DNA of 64,000 bases from Lama glama (GCA_028534125.1 CM052817.1:67148001-67212000), one strand, 5' to 3'. Numbered from the stretch's first letter, positions 1 to 13,895 are shown. The notes: a model not told the origin generated them from the sequence alone. Numbers and translations are program-made.

Positions 1-268
1 ACCCCAAAATAGGACACACTCTAAATTCACTTGCTCAACTACAAGGAGTGACCGAACTAATGCGTTCTATTTCAGTCAGAACAGTGATTACACTGGGCAA
101 GGAACAATGACAGGGAGTGTGAGGGATATTCTGAGGTTCAAGAAAGGTCTGTTTATTGATCTTGTTGCTGGTGACTAAGTCTGTTCAATCTGTAAAAATA
201 TATCAAGATTTACTTGTGAGTGCGTGTGTCCATATTTATATCAGACTTCAATAAAAAATTTTAAAAAA
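1..268 (+). mobile_element. Old L1 (L1ME/L1MC-like) 3' UTR end
   Basis: Typical L1M 3' end ending cttcaataaaaaattttaaaaaa. Confidence 0.6.
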
Positions 269-417
269 GAGGAGAGAAAAGTGCAGTACATGCCAGAAAA
301 GAGTGCAGGTAGTTCCAGGGGAGCATTAATGATGGTTCAAACCAAGGCATGAATTTAATTGAATGAATGCAATCTGAAGAAGTTCTTTTGCTTTGATGAA
401 GTTGGGAAGAACCACTC

Positions 418-660
418 TTTTTTTTTTCTTTTTGAGGTATAATTGACATATAACATTTTATTAGTTTCAGGAATACAGCATGATTATATATTTGTATCTA
501 TTGTGAAATGATTGCAACAATAAAGCTGGGTAACATCTGTCACCAATCGTAGTTACACATTGTTTTTCCTTGTGGTGAGAAGTTATTAGATCTACTCTCT
601 TAGCAACTTTCAAATACGCTGTACAGTATGATTAACTAAAGTCCCCATGATATACATTGC
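418..660 (-). mobile_element. 5'-truncated L1 3' end (L1MA/MB-like)
   Basis: Poly-T then gaggtataattgacatataac...atctactctcttagcaactttcaaatac; possible degenerate TSD gaagaaccact / gaagaactatt. Confidence 0.8.
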
Positions 661-1914
661 CGAGAAGAAGAACTATTGTCTCTCTCTCTCTCTTTCTTTT
701 TAGTGAAAAAAGATATGCATAGCTCTTATTTCACAAAATAAATATCTTAAGATTTTGTGAAAGTACAAATTCATCACTTTTTTGCTTCCATTAATGGCCA
801 GCTAGTTTGAACCAATTTTCTCATCAAGGACAATTAGAAGTATTAGAAGACAATTCTAAAATGTCTTTTTTTCTTGGAAGATAAGACATTATACAGCTAA
901 CATGACATTCAACAGCTACCAGGACGGGATCCGGTAGGGTATGGGACCCCGAGCAAGGTGAGCACTTAAACTCTTTTAGTAACTTCCAAGGTTAAGAGGT
1001 TAAAATTCAGGCAGTGTGTGGAATATGAGATTCTGCTTAATGCACTTGATTTGTGCTTGGAGCCTGAAGCCACTCTGGACAGCAACTCTGGGTACTGCTC
1101 TCATCACTGCCCCCACCACAGGGCTTGTTATTATTATTTGGTTATTTATTCTGTAGTGACCAGCTGCCTTATTTAGGTGAAGTCAATTTCTCCAACACAC
1201 TATTAAGCCTCTTACATTGTTCCTCAAAGAGGTGCAGCCTTCAGTTTGTCCGCAGTCACCCTGGAATGACAGTGGTTTCGGCAAGGCTGTCTGTTTCCTT
1301 CCCTGACCACACCCAGCTGTTACATGCCACTTACTGCTGACTGATTGCTCCATCACTTGTTAACTCTGCCCTGAAGCATACATATCTCTACAGAGCAATC
1401 CAGTCACATCTGGGCTCCTTTGAAGGAATAGCCCCCAAGATCAGGCAAGAAAAATTAACTAAGCCTTACTCAATTTTTCCCAAAGGGCTAACAGAACCAA
1501 ATAGACATTAACTTGTTCTCAACATATGGTATCTTTGAATGGATTGAAGGTTTTCCAGACTGAACTTTTAGCAAACATGTCTCACCTTGGATTTTGTTTA
1601 TTTATTCAACTACATAAGTGTACAGGGTATTTGTTTCAGCAAAACCTTTAAAGAGTATTGAAATAATTGAGATATAAATCGGCCATTGCTGAGAATCAGA
1701 TTCTAACAGGAGACTTATGACAGAACTTGTACACAATCATCACAGCAGAGAAAATTATTGTTAAGTGTCCTGTGACTGGCAGAAAGAGCCCTGAGGAACT
1801 TGCAAAAAATCCATGCCATGTTAAAGGAAAAGCCAGCATTTGAGCTGTATGCCAAGAATGGAGTGGGATTTCATGAGATGCCAGGAAATTACTGCTATAG
1901 CTAAAATTGCGTTG

Positions 1915-2045
1915 TTTTATTATGTGCCATGCACTACTCTATGCTCCTTACATGTGTTAGTTAATTTTCACTTACCTTTATTTAAAATGATAGATGTTAC
2001 TATTACTCTCTATTTATAGATGAGAAAAATGAGGCACAAAATGGT
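1915..2045 (-). mobile_element. MIR SINE fragment
   Basis: tatgtgcc...tttatagatgagaaaaatgaggcac is the reverse complement of the MIR core. Confidence 0.65.
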
Positions 2046-2067
2046 TCTTTGCCCCTTTCAGAGAAAA

Positions 2068-2240
2068 AAAATAGACTAAAGATACAAAGATATAATATAA
2101 AATATATTATAAAGATATAATATAAAAATAATAGATATAAGATATAAAGATGTAATGCAAAATAAAGATATAAAATAGATTTAAGATATGAAGATATAAT
2201 ATAAAAATAGATATAAGATACAAAGATATAATATAAAAAT
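2068..2240. repeat. AT-rich degenerate tandem repeat (aagatataatataa-like)
   Basis: Repeated aagatata/ataaagatat units. Confidence 0.85.
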
Positions 2241-2689
2241 TTTTCTTCCTTCGAATAGGAAGGAAACATACTGAGAAGGTTGCAGTATAGATACCTATAT
2301 TTAGTCAAATAAATTGCGATGTAGCTATTTAAATTTATTAAATAATATAGGAAATTACAACCCCAATTTTTTTTTCCAAGATGAAGTTCCACTTTCTGAA
2401 AGGTTCATAAAATTCATTTTCTGTTTGGCAATATTTAATACTAATTAAATAAATCATAATAAAGCAGTTATTTATTGTGTTCAAGTGTTACTTTCTAATT
2501 AATGATGTAGGAATAAATAAATCTATCAAGAGAGGCTAAAAAAAAGCAAATGTGGTCTCTTCAAAAATAGGAGACAAACCACATGTCAGAGTAGATCTCT
2601 CTTCATGTCTAAGACTTTAAGAGAATGGTGAATCCCTTGTATTTAAGCATCCTGAAGATGTGCACGTACAGTACAGAGCATAGCAGAAG

Positions 2690-2830
2690 TTATCACTGCC
2701 ATGAGACCAACAGTATCCATTTCCCTATTTCTTACTAGGAAAGAAAAATCATAACAAGGTGAGGCACCTTGTCGTATATCACACACCAGAGTGGTTATTG
2801 TCCTGAAGTGACATGTAAGATTCTTTACTC
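2690..2830 (-). mobile_element. MIR SINE fragment
   Basis: ccatttccctattttc...aggtgaggcaccttgtc...tcacacaccagagtgg resembles reverse MIR core. Confidence 0.5.
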
Positions 2831-3233
2831 CCCGAAGCTGGTTCACAAGTGAAATGATATTTAGGCCCAGTGATCCAGTCTCTTGCGAATCAGATGAGCA
2901 TGAAATGCCCACTGGTTTCAGAAACATTTCCACAGAGGGATCACCATCATAGATCACGAAATCCAATGAGAAACCGAGAAGCACCTCCCCTACAGAGGTG
3001 ATTATTATACTGGTAATTATAAAGCAGTGAGTTATTTTCTCCTTTGTGGAATTGTCTCATTTTTATCTCTGGTGTTGAAAATCAAGAGCTCGTCCATTGG
3101 CAGCATGACAATCATATCATCTACGTCATGCTCCACTTCAGCAGAAATGTGACAAACAGCTTGCATATACCACAAAAAAGAAAAAAAAAATGTTTTCATG
3201 TGCCACAGTGATGCTTGTTCAGTCATCCCCATG

Positions 3234-3410
3234 TAGGGTTGCCAAATTAAAAATACAGAATGCCTCATCAAATTTGAATTTCAGATCAGCAATGGATAAT
3301 TTTAATGTGAGCATAAATATATAAGTATTAGTATAAGTATAAATATTACTATAAGTAAAACTTATGTCCATGAAATATTTGAAATACACGTATTAAAAAT
3401 TACTATTCTT
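3234..3410. mobile_element. MER53-like palindromic hAT MITE, left part
   Basis: Begins tagggttgccaaattaaaaatacagaatgcctcatcaaatttgaatttcagat, matching the MER53 terminus as I recall it. Confidence 0.7.
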
Positions 3411-3961
3411 TTCGGGAAAGACCACTGCCCTAGGTTTGCGGTGCTCACGTTCGTTTGGGAGCCTAAATAACTTGATCTGGGGAGAGAAGAGAAGCCCTGC
3501 CTAACTTTGCAGTTAACACTGAATGCTTCGGGGCCCTTTATTTGCAGGGAGAGGTGGGAAAGTGAGTAATACATTATTTTTGGAAGATAAGCCTGGACAG
3601 TTTGAAAATGTTTGGGAACATTGTTTAACCCTAGAACTGGACCTTAAACACCAGCAGAGTGATAGAATATTCTGTTGCCCGGGGGCCACTGAAATTTTTA
3701 AAGAATTCTGGAAGACACTTGAGTGTGGCAGACCTGTTAAGACAGTATAGTTTTTGACCTGTGAGGCCCAGGTTTCCTATGAGTTGGAAACTTGTCACAA
3801 TAGCACCAAGATATTACTTGACCTTTTTACCATTCTGAAGTAAACTGGATTTTCTAACAGTGAGTGAAAAGCAGACACCCGTGAAAACTTAGATGTCTTC
3901 TTAAAGACATTCATGTCAGTTTCCAATGCATTCACAAATTACAATAAAGATGATTATATGC

Positions 3962-4039
3962 ATAAAAAACTAGTAACTATCTGAGCTTCAAATTTAACTG
4001 GGTAATCCAGTATTTGATTTGCTAAATTTGGCAACTTCA
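3962..4039. mobile_element. MER53-like MITE, right arm
   Basis: tatctgagcttcaaatttaactgggtaatccagtatttgatttgctaaatttggcaac is an inverted copy of the left arm. Confidence 0.7.
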
Positions 4040-4619
4040 CTCCTGTGCTGAACATAAGACCCAGTCCCTGACCTCAAGGAGCTTAGCCTCAGGGAGTCAG
4101 ATATACAAGCCTCATTTAAAAAGAAAAGAAAGAAAATACCTTCTTCTTTAAAGTGCTTCTTCTTAAAAGCACTTACCAAGTTCTTTGGGATCTCAGCTGA
4201 GGAAGTGCCTAATTGAGAATAGGGGGAATGAAAACATATCCATGATTTTCTGTTTTACGACTGAAATGAAGATGGTAGAGAAATGGCTTCTTGCAAGACG
4301 CCAGGAGCTTGCTACAGAGCTGGGGAAACAGGTGGTAAAGACGGGCAAAAGCACCAAACCATACAGAGCTACAATATCGGAGGCACCCCAAGGAATGCAT
4401 GATTAGTTGCTAAATAAATAGTTTGTACACTAGTGTCATCTAAGAGGGCCTCATTTGTTGCTTCTTACACTGCTCATTGAAAGTAGACTTGATTCCTATA
4501 ATCAGAGGCAAGTCTCTCCAAGTGCAGGGTGGGATCAAGTGTTCACTTGTGTCCCCAAAAGCATTTTCCACACATTCTTTATTACCGTACTTTTCAAATC
4601 TCTAGTTAATATTTCTGTG

Positions 4620-4760
4620 TCCTCATTTAAGCCACGAATTCCTCAAAGGCAGGATTTTTTTTATCATCTTCTCTATATTCTTGTATTCTAAGCCCTTAAT
4701 TAACACGTGGTACAGTGTAGGTGCTCAGCAAATATTGAACTGACTTCGTTGGAATTAATG
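4620..4760 (+). mobile_element. L2 LINE 3' end
   Basis: cctcaaaggcagg...tggtacagtgtaggtgctcagcaaatattgaa. Confidence 0.65.
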
Positions 4761-5479
4761 TGGAAGGAGATGCCCCTTCGGGGGAAATAAACTTAAAGTG
4801 CTGAAAACTGAAGTGATAACTGTGCACATGCCTGTGTGTGAATATGCTTTTCTGTGTTAACATGCATACTTTTTGACAGTGCGTGGTGACCAACAGCCTG
4901 CCACAGAGGCCGGCAGCCACAGGGTCACTGTTTAGTTACAGCCGTGTGATATAGTGGTGATGTGTGAAACACAGATACTGATAAGTGATACCACTCGTGA
5001 TGGTAATGGGAACCCAGAAAACTTGGATAATAGGAATGGAATTTACAGACCAAAAATCTGATAGCAGAGAAGAGTTTTCACTTTTGTTACACCATTTTAT
5101 CATAAAATAAGCTTTTATCATATTAGTCCCTCCCCTTCCAAGTTTTACCACGCCCATTACTTAATTTCATACATGTTACTAACCACATGACTGAATAAAT
5201 GACCACTCCTCAATCTTGATATTTTAAATTCCTTTTGTTCTTTCTACATTACTTTTTTCCAGCACAAAATGTAATATCATCTATGCGTACATAAATCTAC
5301 ATAGATATAGCCTGAAATAAGAGCCCCACAAAAGCTAGGGAAGTTAATTAATATTAATTGATTATAGTTATTTGAAGAAAAACATTTCTTTTTTTCTTCT
5401 CCCTCGTACTTTCCAATTTCAGCAACTTTGCTCTGTTGGTCACACTTATTTTTCTCATGATCCTTATTAAAGCAAAAAT

Positions 5480-5690
5480 ACGTGTGTGCGCACATGCGTG
5501 TGTGTGTGTTAGGGAGGCATATATATAGCATATATCTAGCTATATAGTATATATATAACATATATCTAGCTATATAGTATATAGCATAGGATAATATTTT
5601 TAAATGTATATTTTGTATGTATGTACAAATATAAAATGCATATACATGGGAAGCTTAAGCATATAGCATGGATGATATTTTTAAAAGTGT
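5480..5690. repeat. (TG)n plus 30-bp tandem duplication and TA-rich low complexity
   Basis: atatatagcatatatctagctatatagtat repeated nearly identically at 5521-5580; tagcat(a)ggat(a/g)atatttttaaa occurs twice. Confidence 0.75.
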
Positions 5691-6564
5691 TCTAGCTGTG
5701 TGTGCACACAATTTTGCTTGAAACTGAAGTTTGGTATTAAGAAGGGGCGGATTCATCCATGTTTTATGTGATACCAGGTACACTGTGGGTGCTTAATAAA
5801 TGTTAAATAATAGCCACCCGCTTCTATCCATTTATCCTCTGTCTGCGATTAAGCAAAGGGGAGCCAAATTATGTCTCAAGCAGTTTTTATTAGGTTCTAT
5901 TTTTCTAGGAAGCAGGTGGAGGATTTACAAGGTGTGATGCATTATAGATCTTCCTCAGAATAACCTACCAAGCAGTTTTAAATAGATACCGTTCTGACCC
6001 GTACCCTGCAGTGAGACTGCCAAGGCTAAAAGCAGCATTCAGCCTGTCTGCTTTTGCTTTCGTTCTCTCTTCCTCTGCCTAAAAATCTTTACTTTTGGTG
6101 AAATAAATGAGGCTTTTGCATTTGTGGGCAAACTACCCTTGCCCTTAAAACTGGTAAAAATTACCCATGCCAATTTTAAGTTCTGATATCAATAACTCTT
6201 TGGTGATTTTCTTTTCTGTTCTATTTGTATTTTAGCTGGATTTTGCTGATTGTTTTTAAAGTTTTGGACTCAAGAATATGTTATGTTTTAATTGTCACAA
6301 TTAAATGATATGCCATTTCTAAAGCAGAATGATAAAAAGAGAGTAATTATTTAGTTTGACAGAGAGATGACAGGGAAATGAGGTACTGATACAAATTAAT
6401 CATTAAATCTTAGAGTGTATCTTAAATGCCACCTAGCCTAACTCTTTATCTACAGAATCCCTCTTGACCTATCGCTGTCCTGAAGTCTGTGGAATCTGCA
6501 GAAATACATATTGTGATGAGGAAGTCACCTCTTCAAGAGCTAGCTCTTCTCAGCTGGTTTTTTA

Positions 6565-9265
6565 AGGAGAAACAATAGAGACAAACCTTTAGTTAGACTC
6601 ATCAAGAAAAAAAGAGAGAGGACTCAAATAAATAAAATCACAGATGAAATAGAAGACAGCTGATACCACAGACATACAAAGGATCATCGAGATGACTATG
6701 AACAATGATAAACCAACAAACTGGATAACCTAGAAGAAATGGATAAATTCCTAGAAACATGCAACCTACCAAGAATGAATCATAAAGAAATAGGAAACCA
6801 GAATAGACCAATAGCAAATAAGGAGAATCAATCAATAATTTACAATAAAGAAAAGCCGAGAGCCAGATGGTTTCACTGTTGAGTTCTACAAAACATTTAA
6901 AGAAGAATGAACGCCAATCATTCTCAAACTTTTCCAAAGTTTCAACTCCCAAACTCATTTTTCGAGGCCAGTATTACCCTGATAACAAAGCCCAGTAAGG
7001 TCACTACAAGAAAAGAAAAACAATATCGCTGGTAAATATAGATGTAGAAATTCCTACAAAATACCAGCCAGTTCAATAGCACGTTAAAAGGATCATACAC
7101 CATAATCACATGGGATGCCTCCTTGGAATGTAAGTTTGGCATAATACATGCAAATCAATTATATTTGCACAAATACAATGCAAATCATTAATGTGATTAA
7201 TGTGAGTCATCTTATTAATAGAAGGAAAAATAAAAATCATATGATCATTTTGATAGATGCAGACAAATCATTTGACATAATTCAATTTCATTCACCAAAG
7301 TTTCACTGAAACTCACCAAGTTGTGTATAGAAAGCACACACTGCAATATAATATAGACCATATATGAGATCACAGCTAACACCATACACGATGGTGAAAT
7401 GTTGAAAGATTTTCTTCTAAAATCAACAATAAGACAAGAGTCTTCACTCTTACCATTCCCATTCAACACAGTGCTAGAAATTCTAGACAGAGTAGGAAGA
7501 GAGGAGTGAGAGAAAAAGGAAGCATCCAATTGGAAAGAGAAAAGTAAAACATCTCTGTTTGCAGATGACAAAATATTATATATAGAAAACCCTAAAGACT
7601 CCACTAAAAAACTAATAGAATTAATAAACAAACGAAGTAATGTTGCAGGATACTAGATCAACATACAAAAATCAGTTGTGTTTTTACACATTAATAACAA
7701 ATTATCTGAAAATGAAATAAAATAATTCCATTTACAAGTGCCTCAAAAACAGTAATATACTTAGAAATAAATTTAACAAAGGAGGTGGAAGAGCTGTATG
7801 CTGGAAACTATAATACAGCAATAGAAGACACTGAAAAGAAAGTAAATAAATAGATATCCTCCATTCATGGTTTTAAAAACTAACATTTTTTAAAAGTCTA
7901 TACTACCTAAAGATATCTATGCATTTAATGTAATCACCGTCAAGCTGTAAATGATATTTTTCACAGAAATAGGAAAAATAATCCTAAAACTGGTATGGAA
8001 CCACAAAAGACCTAAATAACAAAAGCATTCTTAAGAAAGAAAGACAGCCGGAGGCGTCAGACTTTCTGATTTTAACCTGTTACAAAACTATAAGAATTAA
8101 AACTATATGATGTTGGCATAAAAAGAAACACTTAGACCAGTGGACTAGAACTGCGAGCCCAGATATAAACCAGATATTAGTGGTCAACTAGTATTTAACA
8201 GGGAACCAAGAATACTCAGTTGGGAAGATACAGTCCCTTTGATAAATGGTATTGGGAAACTGGATATTCATATGCAAAAGCATGAAACTGGATGCCTATC
8301 TTATACCAGTCACAAAAATTAACTTGAAATGGATTAAAAATTTAAATGTAAGATCTGAAACTAGAAAATTCCTAAAAGTAAACATAGTGAAAAATCTCTT
8401 TGACATTGATCTTAGCAATGATTTTGACTATGTCACCAAAAGCACAAGCAACAAAAGCAAAAATACACAAGTGGGACTACATCAAACCAAAAAGCTCCTG
8501 CAAGGCAAAAGAAATGATCATAAAATGAAAAGGCAACATATTGAATGGGAGAAAATACTTCCAAACCACATATGTAATAAGGGGTTTAAATATAAATAAT
8601 ATAAAGAACTCAAACAACTCAGTAGCCAAAAATTGACTAAGAAATGTGTGAAGGAACAGAATAGATATTTTTCCAAAGATGGACAACAGGTACATAAAAA
8701 GGTGCTCAACATCATGAACCAGCAGGGAGATGCAAATCAAAACCACAATGATGTGTCACCTCACACCCACTAGAATAGCCGTCATCAAAAAGACAAGATA
8801 TAACAAGTGCTCTTAAGTTTGTGGAAAAAAGGGAACTTTTGTACTGCTGGTGGGAATGTAAATTGTTACAGCCATTATACAAAACAGTATGGAAGTTCTG
8901 CAAAAAATTAAATAGAACTGCCATGTGATTCAGTAATCCCACTTCTTGTTATACATCCAAAGAAAACAAAATCAATTTTTTGAAGTGATACTTACATTTC
9001 CATGTTCACTGTAGCCAAGACATGGAAACAACCAAAGTGTCCACTAACAGATGAATGGATAAAGAAGACGTGGTACGTATACAATGATATATTATTCAGC
9101 CATAAAAAAAAGGAAACCCTGACATTTTCAACAACACGGATGAACCTTGAAGGCCTTATGCTAAGTGAAATAAGTCAAACAGAAAGACAAAATTTAGATG
9201 TCACTTAGATGTGGAATCTAAAAAAAAAAAACCAAAATCATAGAAAGAGAAAGGCAGTTGATGGT
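6565..9265 (+). mobile_element. Decayed L1 ORF2 (RT region to C-terminus) plus start of 3' UTR, about 2.7 kb
   Basis: Continuous L1 ORF2 similarity including tctctgtttgcagatgac (SLFADD) near 7552-7569; ORF-track fragments [15 protein letters not shown] and AKTWKQPKCPLTDEWIKK; many stops and frameshifts. Confidence 0.95.
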
Positions 9266-9664
9266 TAAAATTGCCACCTGGGAACTTTGGGGTCATTGAG
9301 CCAAGACAGCAACACTGACTTGGAAAAGATAGAGTGACCAGGGGCTCAGAATGAAGGATGGAGAAGAGCAGATGAAAGTCAGGAGAGATGCTGAGACAAA
9401 CAGGGATGAAGGTTAAGGACATACAGAAACTGAGTAACAAATGGAGAACATGGTTAGAGCCCTTGAGTGCCTTAGAGCTGCAGCAGTGGTGGCTGTGGTT
9501 CATCTCATTAACCTTGCTGTTTTAAATTTGCCTCAAAATTTAAAAAAATGCTCCCAAGATACATATGAAGAAATGAATCCGAGTAGCATAAAGTGGCTGT
9601 GTTGGGTGCTTGATGTACAACCCAATTCTCCCTCAAAGAAGGACATACACGTGGATGTGACAGT

Positions 9665-9800
9665 CTTTCATTCATTCGACAAATAGTTGTTGAACACTTT
9701 TATGTTCTTGGTACACTTTTATGTCTATGAGATGGAGATTTAGTTGTGACAAAACAAATTCTCTTCACTTATTAAGATTACATTGCAGTTGACTTGAAAT
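9665..9800 (-). mobile_element. L2 3' end
   Basis: ttcattcattcgacaaatagttgttgaacac. Confidence 0.6.
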
Positions 9801-10049
9801 CTAATAAAGTATATGGGGTTATGTCCCAGATACAAATAAATACATATTCCAATGTAAATAAGGGCTGCCCTGGGTAGGGCAGAAGTGAGGGGAAAAAATT
9901 CCACCTTAGAAGAACTATAATTGCTTCACAGGGGATTTAAGAGTTAATTGTTTGCAAAGAAACTGAATTAAACTTTGTTTTTTACTGTCATTTCTGTTTC
10001 AAATTGAGTATTTATTTGATATCTATCTACCCAATAATTCAAATATCTA

Positions 10050-10168
10050 TGAAAAGATAAACAGTAGTCTTTCTTGTTTATGGCTGTAACCCCAGGACTC
10101 ATCAGGGTGCTTAGCACCAAGTAGCCCCTCAATAAATATTTATTAATTGAATAAATGAACGAATGACT
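10050..10168 (+). mobile_element. L2 3' end
   Basis: gtgcttagcaccaagtagcccctcaataaatatttattaattgaataaatgaa. Confidence 0.65.
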
Positions 10169-10229
10169 GGATGCTATTCTCACTTAGATTACAACAGAAG
10201 GGCATTCATAAAACTTGCATTACTGGATG

Positions 10230-10377
10230 ATCAAATAGCACATGAAAAAATGCTCAATATCACTAATTGTCAGAGAAATGCAAATCAAAACTACAATGAG
10301 GTATCACCTCACACCAATCAGAATGGCCGTCATTCAAAAATCCACAAATGACAAATGCTGGAGAGGCTGTGGAGAAA
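10230..10377 (+). mobile_element. Young 5'-truncated L1, ORF2 C-terminal segment running into assembly gap
   Basis: Uninterrupted [46 protein letters not shown], the canonical L1 ORF2 cysteine-rich region. Confidence 0.95.
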
Positions 10378-10877
10378 NNNNNNNNNNNNNNNNNNNNNNN
10401 NNNNNNNNNNNNNNNNNNNNNNNNNNNNNNNNNNNNNNNNNNNNNNNNNNNNNNNNNNNNNNNNNNNNNNNNNNNNNNNNNNNNNNNNNNNNNNNNNNNN
10501 NNNNNNNNNNNNNNNNNNNNNNNNNNNNNNNNNNNNNNNNNNNNNNNNNNNNNNNNNNNNNNNNNNNNNNNNNNNNNNNNNNNNNNNNNNNNNNNNNNNN
10601 NNNNNNNNNNNNNNNNNNNNNNNNNNNNNNNNNNNNNNNNNNNNNNNNNNNNNNNNNNNNNNNNNNNNNNNNNNNNNNNNNNNNNNNNNNNNNNNNNNNN
10701 NNNNNNNNNNNNNNNNNNNNNNNNNNNNNNNNNNNNNNNNNNNNNNNNNNNNNNNNNNNNNNNNNNNNNNNNNNNNNNNNNNNNNNNNNNNNNNNNNNNN
10801 NNNNNNNNNNNNNNNNNNNNNNNNNNNNNNNNNNNNNNNNNNNNNNNNNNNNNNNNNNNNNNNNNNNNNNNNNNNNN
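10378..10877. other. Assembly gap (500 N)
   Basis: Run of N. Confidence 1.
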
Positions 10878-10899
10878 ACTGAAAGTGAAAGAGCCTGAG

Positions 10900-11842
10900 A
10901 GACCTTACTCATGTATGTCCATTTTGAAAAGCATCTTAAATGGGAACTGTCCAAACCTGAGCTCTTAATTCCTACCTCCAAACCAGACTGCTTTTCCTAC
11001 AGCCTGCCTTATGCTGGTTATTAGAAATTCCAACCTTCTAGTCGTTCAGACCATTACACTTGTAAACATCCTTAACTTTTTTTCTCTCCTTCATAAAATG
11101 CTTAATCCGTCAGCAAATCTTGTCAGTCTCCCTTCAAATTATGTCTTTATTGCTAAACCCACTGCTGCCATTCTGGTTCAAGCCAGACAACTGCAGAGCT
11201 TTCATACAGCCTCAGTGTTTCACCATCCATTCCTTTTAGTCTTTTCTCAGTAGAGCATCCTATGTAATTCTTGAAAATGTAAGTCACGCCGTTTGTCTCC
11301 CTTGCTTAAAATGTCCCAGTGGTTTTATCTCATTAAGAAAAATCATTAAAAGTTTAGCAACAGGAACAGAGCACGCCATCGTCTATGCCAATCTAACCCT
11401 CTGATCCTATCTTTTCCCTCTCTGCCCCACTCAGTCTCTTCCAGCCACACTGGCATTCTGTATATTCAGCAAACACTATCCTCCATGGTTGCTGTGACTT
11501 CTACCTGAAATAATCTTCCCTTACATTTTTCTTTGGTTACCTCTTCACTACCATCATATCTCCACCAAGTCGTTGTCAGATTATCAGGGAGCTTGTACTG
11601 GACGACACTATCTAAAATAGGCTTCTACCCCAATTCCATCACTCTCTGTCCTCTTACTATCTTTGGTTATTTTTTTCTTAACCTTTTTATTTTTCGTCTT
11701 AACAGTCATCACAACTTGTAAGTCATTATAGAATATAAACTCGTAGAGCTATTATTTACTGTTGAATATGTGATTATCCCCTGGCTTATGTTTGTCATGC
11801 ATTATGCATTTATTGAGTAATAAATACAATATTTGTTGAAAT
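10900..11842 (+). mobile_element. Long L2 fragment
   Basis: catcttaaa...tgtccaaacctgagctctt, cttgcttaaaatgtcccagtgg, ccagccacactggc, ending aatatttgttgaa. Confidence 0.75.
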
Positions 11843-12599
11843 ATCTTCCCAGTCTCCTCCTTGAGTCTTCATTGTATATAAAAGTCCTTTCAGTCTGGGG
11901 AAGGTTGCCCCTTCCTCTACTCACTCAAAAGAAGTTCTCTTTTCTAAAGAGGACCATCACTCGCAATTGTTACAGTAACCATCTTTGGTGAAGATGGCTA
12001 TTGGGATGGGCTTTGCCCAGTCTCTCACAATTCTTTCACCCACTAGAAGACATTACAAACAAAGGACAAAGCAAATGATATGGAGACCTGATGACCCAGA
12101 TGCTATATGTGGGACTCAAAGAACTATGGCATATAAGTTCTTGTGATCATGTATTTTATTAGTGTATTGCTAAGGATACCTAAGAACCACTTTCCTAGAA
12201 GAGTTTATATTTGGCATAAGCTATGTCATGAGAACTTCAATATTTGGACAGTTCATCGTTAGGCTGGAAGGAACACTGAAAAGGTCAACGGACACAGGTA
12301 AGTAACCAGCCAGATGTGGGTATAGGAGATGGCTAGAAATGTTTGGCTCAAACCTAACCCATGTCCTCACAGATATCCAAATAGCTGATTCTCTGGTAAT
12401 GTCTCCAGGAGACACAGCCCTTACAGGACATAGTCATAGTATGTACTCATCACCTAGGATGTCAACAAAATGACTGAGAAGATGAAGATGAATTCCAGAG
12501 GGAAATGACTCAGGAGCTACAGAACAGTTTAGAGTAGAGTGTCCTGGAGCAGCTGAAGAGTCCTAGGAAGTTTCTTTCTCTCGACTAATCTCAATATCT

Positions 12600-12900
12600 T
12601 GTTTATTCATTCATTCAGCAAATAATTATTGTTCATCCATTATGTGCCTGGCATTTTTTTCAGGCACTGGGAATAGGGAAAATAAAATAAGAACAAAATC
12701 TTCTTATTTTATGAAATTTACTCTCTATTGGGAAGAAACGAACAATTAACCATGATTACTTGTTATTCTAGATGATGATAAATACTTAGAAATAAAACAA
12801 AGCAGAGGTAGAGGGATGGACATGGAAATGCATGATGGAAGATCTCCTTACAGCTGAACTTTGAGTGGAAATTTTAAGGTAGGGCAGGAGCCACGTAAGC
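12600..12900 (-). mobile_element. L2 3' end
   Basis: attcattcattcagcaaataattattgttcatccattatgtgcctggca. Confidence 0.7.
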
Positions 12901-13878
12901 AAATGAGTCCATACAGTTACCATGCATAGCTCCAAGGCAGCTTAGGGTAATTTCTCACTGACTTGTAATTTTTCTATTTCTGTTCACACAGCAACTTCTA
13001 TATTGATATAGTTCATTAATGATAACAATATACCAAGAAAAAATGGCATTAGAAGTTTTACCTTTATTGCTCTTGAAAGCAAAATCGTGTGATTGCTTCA
13101 TGTTGGAAATACTAGCTTCTGGAGACTCTTTAGATGCACAGAACCGTGATGTAAGTTAATATATCTATGGATCATTTTCTTTGTTAAATTTCCGTAAAAT
13201 GAACTTCTAATCATTGTCAAGCTGAAGTGAGGCATTGTTTCACCACTGACATATGACTGTGCTACCTGAATTCAAGGGTATGTATTTTCAGTAATGCATC
13301 TGCTTATAAAATAAAAGTGAACACTTAGGCAATATATTAAAAACACTAAAGAAATTTGTTTCCATAAATAAACAGAGAGGAAGACTTTCAAAGGTTTAAA
13401 TTACCTCATCAGGTCTGCTCACTAGTACTATATCTTGACTTTGCTTTTTTATTTGGGGGCTCTATTCTCAAGCAGACTCTTTCTCATGATGACAGAATAG
13501 TTGCCATCAGTTCTAGCCTTGATTCTACTTCTCAGCATGCTTAGTAAAACAAAAAGAAAACTCCTTCCCTGTTAATTCCAACAAACATCTAAGAATTAAG
13601 TCTCAGGCTCTGATTGCTCTGGCTTAGATTTTCGTACCTGTCTCTGAAACTATTACCATGGCAAGGAGAGGCAACGCTTTAATTGGCTGGCAATATATGC
13701 ACTTAAAATAAGATACATCAGACTTCCTGGACTGAGAATGAATTACTTTTGGTCCCAAGGGAAACCAGGTGCTTTTACCGGAAGGGGTAATATATGCAAG
13801 TAAACAGATGCTCATGCACTTATCCTTAGTACATTATATACAGAACACTATTTCCCAGAATCTGAGGGGCCCAATAGA

Positions 13879-13895
13879 TCTCTGTCTCTGTCTCT

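Noticed and set aside
2003..2392. 129-aa hydrophobic Tyr/Ile/Leu-rich ORF
   Set aside because: Translation of an AT-rich tandem repeat
10242..10981. ORFs of 175-218 aa
   Set aside because: Length comes from the N gap; only the L1 ORF2 fragment is real
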